Virus record (IMG/VR): IMGVR_UViG_3300044728_000133
Reading direction: 5' to 3' (one strand)
Length of the DNA stretch: 14,599 bases
Origin: a virus
Taxonomy: Duplodnaviria > Heunggongvirae > Uroviricota > Caudoviricetes
The notes under the pieces were generated by a model. It ran no database searches, was not told where the DNA came from, and saw nothing but the letters and a program-made list of their open reading frames with translations. Made by a program: the position numbers and the translations under genes. Of the stretch, positions 9,365 through 14,599 are shown piece by piece. Positions within the stretch are counted from its first letter, which is position 1. Each line of letters starts with the position of its first letter.

Positions 9365-9766
9365 CTACTTGACCTTCAGGGCGGGCATCTTGGCCTGGAG
9401 AAATGCCAGGCTCCGGTTGTTCATTGCCACAATCTCTTCCTCCGTCATGTCTTGCACTCTGCGTTGGCCTCCCCGACGAACGGGTGGCCGCCGTTGCTGC
9501 TGTTGCGGTTGTTGCTCGACTGGATCCTTCCCGCCAGCGGGAACAACGTCCCTGCCATGCGCCCTCCACTGCTCGACAACCTCAAGAGCCTCCATGAGCG
9601 TGGCTGATGCCGAACGGGCCTCGTCAGCGAGGAGGGTGTAACCGGCATCGAGAAATTCTCTGAGCGAAAGTGCACGCGGGTTACCTCCGTTGAGCGTTAC
9701 GCGGCCCCAGATGTAGGACCGGTTCGCCCAGCACCAGAGGCCAAGGGAGTGGGCGGCGGCGTAGGG
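9365..9766 (-). CDS. Tail assembly chaperone 'T' segment, probably expressed as a G-T fusion by -1 frameshift
   Basis: The track's 9365..9595 ORF extends upstream without a stop in the -1 frame of the chaperone: PYAAAHSLGLWCWANRSYIWGRVTLNGGNPRALSLREFLDAGYTLLADEARSASATLMEALEVVEQW... There is no ATG/GTG/TTG at the start of this protein-like segment. Confidence 0.75.
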   Translation of the reverse strand, partial: PYAAAHSLGLWCWANRSYIWGRVTLNGGNPRALSLREFLDAGYTLLADEARSASATLMEALEVVEQWRAHGRDVVPAGGKDPVEQQPQQQQRRPPVRRGGQRRVQDMTEEEIVAMNNRSLAFLQAKMPALKVK

Positions 9767-10095
9767 CGGCCGGACTGCGTTTCGTAGAGATCGTTGTGGA
9801 ACTCGACGAACTTCCAGGCCGGAACGGCTTCCTTGCCTTTGCGCGCGCGGAGGGCCTTGTAGCGCTTCGTCATGTCTGTGTCACCAGCCATGAAGGCGAG
9901 GATGTGGCGATCGATCCGCTGCATCGCCGTCTCAGGCACCTTGCCGTTCTTGTCGTCTTCGACGTCGGCCAGAAGGGCGTCGGCCTCTTCTCGCTCCCAA
10001 GCCTCGATGATGTCTGGGGAGACATCGTGTACCTCGAACGTCTCTCCGCCGAGCGTGAAGGTCATGTCGTGGGAGAGTTCGTCGTAATTCGGCAT
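9697..10095 (-). CDS. Tail assembly chaperone 'G' (132 aa)
   Basis: ATG at 10095 with a perfect AAGGAGG RBS 5 nt upstream (start reassigned from 10134). The protein is acidic and helical, ends in a low-complexity SGRPTPPPTP...GAA tail, and lies directly before the tape measure region. Confidence 0.85.
   Translation of the reverse strand: MPNYDELSHDMTFTLGGETFEVHDVSPDIIEAWEREEADALLADVEDDKNGKVPETAMQRIDRHILAFMAGDTDMTKRYKALRARKGKEAVPAWKFVEFHNDLYETQSGRPTPPPTPLASGAGRTGPTSGAA
9761..9770 (-). promoter_or_regulatory. Candidate -1 programmed frameshift site (GC CGC CCT AC; CCT to CCC)
   Basis: This is the point where frame 0 turns low-complexity (RPTPPP) and the -1 frame becomes protein-like (PYAAAH). 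The -1 frame is open from about 9884, so the exact site is an inference. Confidence 0.5.
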
Positions 10096-10100
10096 TGCTT

Positions 10101-10107
10101 CCTCCTT
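10101..10107 (-). promoter_or_regulatory. Shine-Dalgarno AAGGAGG for the chaperone gene
   Basis: Exact consensus 5 nt upstream of ATG 10095, overlapping the TAA of the terminator gene. Confidence 0.85.
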
Positions 10108-10657
10108 AGGAGCCGATCGGCTCCTGGTAGCCACCTAGAACGACCCGGATCGTCCACGTCCATCCGGCTGATTCGCCGGAGGGGATTAGGGCGAGTAGGG
10201 CGTCAAACTCCGCTGCGTCGCAGAGCGTAAGGAAGTCCCCGGATGCCTTGACGTTGTGCAGGTGGTTCCAGAGCGCCCAAGCATCGGCGTTCCCCTGCTC
10301 AGCGTCGAGACCCAGTAGCACCGGGCTAGGGGCTGAATACGCACCCAGTGCCGAGACATCCCCGGTCGTGACGCACCGTGTGGATGTGATGACGAGGGCG
10401 ACGTGGTTCATCCACGCACCCCTTGATGCTCTCTTTCCTGCCTCCAGACCGCCGGGCGTCGTGTCCATCTCCGAGATGGGGGTGACGTGGACGGTGAGCT
10501 GATCAGGGCAATCGAGCGCGGGCAGACCGAAAGAGACGTACCTGTGATCTTGAGCGCCCTGAAGATTGGCGTCGAAGTCGGGAATCGTGTTCAGAGCGTC
10601 GACACAGTGCTGCAGGACCTCCGCGGCAATGGCCTGAAGGTCACCGATCCCGGCCAT
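10106..10657 (-). CDS. Tail terminator / tail completion protein (183 aa)
   Basis: Positioned between the gp10-like and chaperone genes. The P-A-L-D-C-x-x-Q-L-T-V...TRCV...GW-x-W-x-I pattern resembles terminators that accompany Cys-rich adaptors in actinophages. Confidence 0.65.
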   Translation of the reverse strand: MAGIGDLQAIAAEVLQHCVDALNTIPDFDANLQGAQDHRYVSFGLPALDCPDQLTVHVTPISEMDTTPGGLEAGKRASRGAWMNHVALVITSTRCVTTGDVSALGAYSAPSPVLLGLDAEQGNADAWALWNHLHNVKASGDFLTLCDAAEFDALLALIPSGESAGWTWTIRVVLGGYQEPIGS

Positions 10658-11065
10658 CTAGCTTCCCGTGAAAGGCTTGCCGAACTCGGAGCAGAGTGCG
10701 GGCTCGAGGAAGGGGTAGCGGTATGCACCCTGCGTCCTGCCATTCCTGAACGTCGGCAGATTGCCCGCCGGCCCAGGCATCCCCTTCTCCAGCGCGAGTC
10801 CGTACGGGAAACCTTGGCGTGGTGACTTCACGTCGGTGCCGATCAGGGCGTACAGTCCCTGAGGGTTCTGGAAGATCCCGGCATTCCGGATACTTGCGAA
10901 GAGCGCACGCGAACGCGGTCGTGGGCCGCCACCTTGACCGAGAGCGTTCTGGTGGGCACGCACGTCCACGCCATTTGCCTTGAGTGCGAGGTAGCGACCA
11001 ACGGGGCCGTCCTCACGCAGAGCGAGGCTGCGGATTCCGCTCTCGTGAATGACCACCCGCGTCAT
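10658..11065 (-). CDS. HK97 gp10-like neck/tail completion protein (135 aa)
   Basis: Start reassigned to ATG 11065 (ATGA overlap with the adaptor stop). It has the gp10-like pattern R-S-R-A-L-x-x-S-I...Y-G-L-A-L-E-x-G...YPFLEPAL. Confidence 0.7.
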   Translation of the reverse strand: MTRVVIHESGIRSLALREDGPVGRYLALKANGVDVRAHQNALGQGGGPRPRSRALFASIRNAGIFQNPQGLYALIGTDVKSPRQGFPYGLALEKGMPGPAGNLPTFRNGRTQGAYRYPFLEPALCSEFGKPFTGS

Positions 11066-12171
11066 GAGGCAATCCTGCGTCCATACCGCTGGTGGGAACT
11101 CGGCCCGAAGAAGAGAGCACGTCGGCTTAAGCCATGCGGATTGAACGTGTTCAAGAAGATGTCGACGAGCGGAATGCCGGTCGACCAAACTCCATTCGCG
11201 TCTCGGTGCATGAAGGTCTTCTCAATCGTGATCCCCTGGCGCGTGATGCGGGTAGCGCCGAAGGGAAGCGCGCAGTCGTCAGCGCCTGTGCACGACTTCG
11301 AGATCTCACAGGCTAGGGCTCGAGCGGCGTACTGTGCTGAACTCGGCGGGATCTTGCCCAGTGTGTACGTGACTGTGAACGCACCGTCCGCGTCGTCATC
11401 GACGTCCAGCGACTGACAGCTCGGCCAGAGCGCTCCGTTCTTGCGCACCAGCCACTCGTTGTCACGGATGAGGTACGTGTCAGGGTCGATGACCACTCCG
11501 TCGATCATGACCTCGGTGACCTCGCGAACTGGTCCCGCCAGCGGTACCTCGGAGATCGGTCGGCAGCCACACGGCCTGGAGTCACCCCAGCAGTCACCCG
11601 TCCAACCAACCAGGTGCCCCCTGGAGAGCACCTGGAATCCGCAGCCACATGTGTTCGAGACACATGGACGAACGGTGTCCTGACAGAGACCGGCGAATCG
11701 GCTCCCTGAAGCCAGGTAGAGCAGTTCGGAGGCCGCATTCACAGCAGCATCCAGAACCTCCGCTTCCTCTATCCCGCAGCAAGTACTAACGTCCTCCGTG
11801 GTCGTCCATGCACTACAGGGACCCGTCTGAAGTCCGCCGTCTGCTGGAGGCGGGATCGGCGGGAGGAACCCAGATTCTCCGGCGACGACCACAACGAGCT
11901 CGTCTGCCGTAGATGTCGTTACGGGATCCCAGGTGCCATCAGGCGACCAGGCGATGGTGTACTGACCGACTAGCGCCGGCGCTGCGGGTGCATTCCACGT
12001 GTAGATGCCGATCGGGGTGCCGAGAACCGTTTCCTCGGTGATATTCGTCGTAGTCGGTCCGATGACGGTGTTGCCGTCCCCGTCGAATACGGCGACCTCG
12101 ACCGTGCCGACCAACCCGTCGGTGCCATCGGCATAGACGGCCTCAAAGGGCTGGGACTGCTCAACGTACAC
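11062..12171 (-). CDS. Head-to-tail adaptor with N-terminal extension (369 aa)
   Basis: The C-terminal 250 aa or so (AASELLYLASGSRF..C..TVRPC...VTEVMIDGVVID...WLVR..G..WP.CQ...FTVTY..G..PP...LACEI...C.LP...ITRQGIT...TGIPLVDIFL...NP) match actinophage adaptors as I recognise them. GTG start, with an in-frame TAG 4 codons upstream. Confidence 0.8.
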   Translation of the reverse strand: MYVEQSQPFEAVYADGTDGLVGTVEVAVFDGDGNTVIGPTTTNITEETVLGTPIGIYTWNAPAAPALVGQYTIAWSPDGTWDPVTTSTADELVVVVAGESGFLPPIPPPADGGLQTGPCSAWTTTEDVSTCCGIEEAEVLDAAVNAASELLYLASGSRFAGLCQDTVRPCVSNTCGCGFQVLSRGHLVGWTGDCWGDSRPCGCRPISEVPLAGPVREVTEVMIDGVVIDPDTYLIRDNEWLVRKNGALWPSCQSLDVDDDADGAFTVTYTLGKIPPSSAQYAARALACEISKSCTGADDCALPFGATRITRQGITIEKTFMHRDANGVWSTGIPLVDIFLNTFNPHGLSRRALFFGPSSHQRYGRRIAS

Positions 12172-12183
12172 GCCGGGCTGAGT

Positions 12184-12768
12184 CTAGGGCTTTCTACGGA
12201 CGGCGAACACACCGTAGTACGCGCGACCGACGGCACCGTCCGTGTTCAGGTGAACCGTGAAGCCGGTGCCGCCAAGCCATTCATTGAGCAGTTCTTCGGT
12301 CAATAGATGCGGGTGCCCTTCGTAAGGCGGGATGTCGATCCACTCGAAGAGACGAACAGTGCCCGCAATGTCGAGAGCTCGCTTGACGACGAGCGCCGGG
12401 TCACGAACATGCTGGAGGACGTTGTAGACCCAGGCTTCGTCGAAGTAGTAGCCAGCGAGGCTCGGGCTCTCTGCCTCCATGCACCAGTACTCGATGCCGC
12501 AATGTTCGTATCTCTTCAGCACCCACTCTGGGAAGACGCTGGGATCGGCGACGGCAGCGCGCCCCTTCTCCACGCACTTGAGCAACAGTGAAACAGGGCC
12601 ACCCCCGATGTCGATGACCGAGCGTCCCTGGAGGTTGAACGTCGGCGGATGAGCGCCGTGCCAGCTTGGAAGCAGACCCATGCGTGGCGCGTAGACGAGC
12701 TGCTTCTGCTCCTCGTGGAGGGTGGAGGCGCAGTCACCCCACCAGGCTGCTTCGTCGAACTCGCTCAT
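12184..12768 (-). CDS. Class I SAM-dependent methyltransferase (194 aa)
   Basis: Start reassigned to ATG 12768 (ATGA overlap). Motif I is VIDIGGGP. Downstream are FDEAWVYNVLQHVRDP and a GTVRLFEW strand, typical of Methyltransf_11/23-like folds. Confidence 0.85.
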   Translation of the reverse strand: MSEFDEAAWWGDCASTLHEEQKQLVYAPRMGLLPSWHGAHPPTFNLQGRSVIDIGGGPVSLLLKCVEKGRAAVADPSVFPEWVLKRYEHCGIEYWCMEAESPSLAGYYFDEAWVYNVLQHVRDPALVVKRALDIAGTVRLFEWIDIPPYEGHPHLLTEELLNEWLGGTGFTVHLNTDGAVGRAYYGVFAVRRKP

Positions 12769-13907
12769 TGATCGAAGCCGCGTTCCCAGAGAGTGTCCAA
12801 CTGATCCATCCAATCCATGAACTGCGGCCCGACCGCCTCCTGCGAGTAGCGCGCTCTCGCAGCTCGACGGATGTCCTTGCGGTTCAGCTTCTGAACCTCC
12901 TGGAACGCTTCGGCTCCCTGGAGTGGCGTGCGAAAGCGCGCGCCCACGTCTGGCGTCACCGTCTCTGTGAATGCACCCCAGTCGGACGCGACAACCGGGC
13001 AACCCGCGAGCATCGCCTCAACCGCCACGCCTCCGAAGGGTTCCACGTACAGCGTCGGGACAATCGTTGCGGCAGCGTTCTGCATCAGTTCGTTGCGGTC
13101 GGCGAACCCGACCGAGCCCATGTACAGGCAGTCGCCTTTGATCACCACACCGTCGGCTCCGGTGATCTGCCCTTCGGTCACGTGTGTCGCTCCAGGGCCA
13201 GCGATGTACAGCGGTAATCCGATGCGTTTCGCAATCTCCATGGCCACATGCGGCCCCTTGCGCAGGATGATCCTTCCGATGAAGAGGACGTAGTCACCCT
13301 TGGGCTTCCGAGCCACGGAGAACTGCCTCGCGTCGAAGAAGTTGGGGATGACTGCGTCAAACGCGCGACCGTCCCCGGTGCCCTGGATCCCGTACACGTT
13401 GTGCATCCAGGCGTAGGACTCGTAGGCATGGAACGAGCGCGCGTCGACCCCGATGTAGCCGACGCCCCACTCGAGCGTGATCGGGTTGTTCCACTTCGGC
13501 CCCGCGATGGCGTCAGCGATCGGGGCCTGCGTCGAGGTAAGGAGACAGAGGAAGTGGTCGCGGCGATCAGCGGGCATGCGCTCCCGCATAGCGTCGATGG
13601 CCCTCGTGTTGGCCTCGAACCAGTACGGCTGCGTGTTGTCCCACTCGAATGCCTTGGTGGTGTCGTAGCCGTTGGGCCCGCCGTAACCCCAGCGCAGACG
13701 ATCGGCCTCGGTCGAGATCACTACGTGCTCGTCCGGCTCGCAGTCGATCTCGTCGGGGCCATAGAGGATGACGTAGCAGCCCTGCGCCCGGAACATCGGC
13801 ACGGCTTTCAGCAGCTTCATTGAGTACGCGCAGCTCGCGTCCTTCTCGGTGAGAGTTGTATGAGGAAGAGCGACGAGGTGGAGCGTGCGGTTATGTTCGA
13901 GGCTCAC
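12765..13907 (-). CDS. GT-B fold glycosyltransferase, GT4-like (380 aa)
   Basis: Start reassigned to GTG 13907 (GTGA overlap). Motifs: IPNFFD, VLFIGRIILRKG and EPFGGVAVEAMLAGCPVVASDWGAFTE (the E-x7-E signature of retaining GT-B enzymes). Confidence 0.92.
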   Translation of the reverse strand: MSLEHNRTLHLVALPHTTLTEKDASCAYSMKLLKAVPMFRAQGCYVILYGPDEIDCEPDEHVVISTEADRLRWGYGGPNGYDTTKAFEWDNTQPYWFEANTRAIDAMRERMPADRRDHFLCLLTSTQAPIADAIAGPKWNNPITLEWGVGYIGVDARSFHAYESYAWMHNVYGIQGTGDGRAFDAVIPNFFDARQFSVARKPKGDYVLFIGRIILRKGPHVAMEIAKRIGLPLYIAGPGATHVTEGQITGADGVVIKGDCLYMGSVGFADRNELMQNAAATIVPTLYVEPFGGVAVEAMLAGCPVVASDWGAFTETVTPDVGARFRTPLQGAEAFQEVQKLNRKDIRRAARARYSQEAVGPQFMDWMDQLDTLWERGFDQ

Positions 13908-14110
13908 GCCGGCGGGAACTGATGGGCGAATGTCAACCGAACGAGCGGCCAACTCTGGACAGAGAACGGAGTGCATCCATTCGGACACGCCTCCGGCCAT
14001 CCCGAGTTGTCATTCGGCCAAGAACACTCGGCGCCGCAGTTCATGCAATACCCAATCTGCGGGGCTTCGCCTTCCGGCTCACCCTTGGGGAACTGAAGAA
14101 GTTTGCCCAT
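13904..14110 (-). CDS. Small hypothetical protein with CxxC...CxxxC (possible Zn-ribbon, 68 aa)
   Basis: ATG 14110 in a TGATG overlap, and its stop overlaps the GT start. It fills the operon exactly. Sequence: YCMNCGAEC...ACPNGC. Confidence 0.6.
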   Translation of the reverse strand: MGKLLQFPKGEPEGEAPQIGYCMNCGAECSWPNDNSGWPEACPNGCTPFSVQSWPLVRLTFAHQFPPA

Positions 14111-14385
14111 CACGCCACCAGGATCATGATCTCGGGAGGGTGATCGTCCGTCCATGTCGGCCCGGTGCACATGGGCTCCATTCGCTGGTCATTTCGCTCC
14201 TGGCGTCCGCAAAGTGGGCAGCGGTAGACAAAGGCGGAGCCGGTCTCAAAGAGCCCCGTCTCGATCAGTGCCTTGGCCTCTTCATCCGCAGAATAGGCTC
14301 GTCGCTCACGCTTGACCAGGTGGGGATCCTTGTGACCGGGAAGCCAAACCGGGATTCCCTCGGTCTCGCGAAGGGGGAAGGTCAT
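14110..14385 (-). CDS. Small hypothetical protein with CxxC...C-x8-H (possible Zn-binding, 91 aa)
   Basis: ATG 14385 in an ATGA overlap with GAGGAG 5 nt upstream. Sequence: YRCPLCGRQ...PMCTGPTWTDDH. Confidence 0.7.
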   Translation of the reverse strand: MTFPLRETEGIPVWLPGHKDPHLVKRERRAYSADEEAKALIETGLFETGSAFVYRCPLCGRQERNDQRMEPMCTGPTWTDDHPPEIMILVA

Positions 14386-14599
14386 TGCCACTCCTCTACT
14401 GGACACTCGATCCCCGCGAGGATACTCGCTCGATCGGACTCATACCCGTTCGCAAGATCGCCCGTGTGCCACTCGACTAGGACGCGCGAGAATCTGTCCA
14501 TCAATCCCTGCTCGATCAGATAGGGCAGCAGCACGTACTCCGCGCCCTCGATGTCGACCTTCAGCACGATCTTCGTATCGGGAAGCATTCTGACCCAGG
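14382..14599 (-). CDS. FkbM-family (Methyltransf_21-like) methyltransferase, C-terminal part (5' end beyond window)
   Basis: The frame is open to the window edge (..WVRMLPD..). It contains IVLKVDIEGAEYVLL...VLVEWH, the characteristic FkbM C-terminal motif. Confidence 0.85.
   Translation of the reverse strand, partial: WVRMLPDTKIVLKVDIEGAEYVLLPYLIEQGLMDRFSRVLVEWHTGDLANGYESDRASILAGIECPVEEWQ

Larger units (their letters stand above)
1..14599 (-). mobile_element. Tailed phage/prophage neck-tail morphogenesis operon (siphovirus-like, high GC)
   Basis: All credible genes are on the minus strand, abutting or overlapping. The order adaptor, gp10-like, terminator, chaperone, TP901-family tape measure, Dit, Tal, fibre is typical of siphoviruses. 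No sheath gene, integrase or att site is in the window, so free phage and prophage cannot be distinguished. Confidence 0.95.

Noticed and set aside
9480-9520. Gln-rich tract (EQQPQQQQRR) in the chaperone T segment
   Set aside because: It is a short low-complexity linker with mixed CAG/CAA codons and no sign of a phase-variable repeat.
12769-13002. N-terminal extension of the 272-aa methyltransferase ORF
   Set aside because: It overlaps the glycosyltransferase. The ATGA overlap at 12768 gives the natural start.
13885-14523. 212-aa plus-strand ORF and other plus-strand ORFs in 12666..14143
   Set aside because: They are antisense to tightly coupled minus-strand genes and have no recognisable motifs.
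1-14599. tRNA/rRNA genes, terminators, att sites, defence systems
   Set aside because: There is essentially no intergenic space and no supporting motifs were seen. The methyltransferases lack DNA-MTase catalytic motifs (DPPY/NPPY, PC) in the visible parts.

Overview
The whole window is a continuous, almost gap-free minus-strand operon: the neck/tail morphogenesis module of a high-GC, probably actinobacterial-type siphovirus or prophage. In transcription order (right to left) it contains: a FkbM-type methyltransferase (cut by the window edge), two small Cys/His proteins, a GT4-like glycosyltransferase, a class I SAM methyltransferase, a Cys-rich head-to-tail adaptor with an extra N-terminal domain, an HK97 gp10-like neck protein, a tail terminator, a tail assembly chaperone with a -1 frame extension, a 1288-aa TP901-family tape measure protein, Dit-like and Tal/hub-like tail-tip proteins, a Thr-rich collagen-like fibre, a 121-aa partner protein, and two tandem paralogous two-domain putative receptor-binding proteins. 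The second paralog (1..634) is missing from the ORF track because it runs off the window. The most interesting signal is the glycosyltransferase plus two methyltransferases embedded in the virion operon together with a Gly-Ala-Thr collagen fibre, which suggests phage-encoded glycosylation and O-methylation of the virion. All family calls come from motif recognition and gene order; no database search was run.
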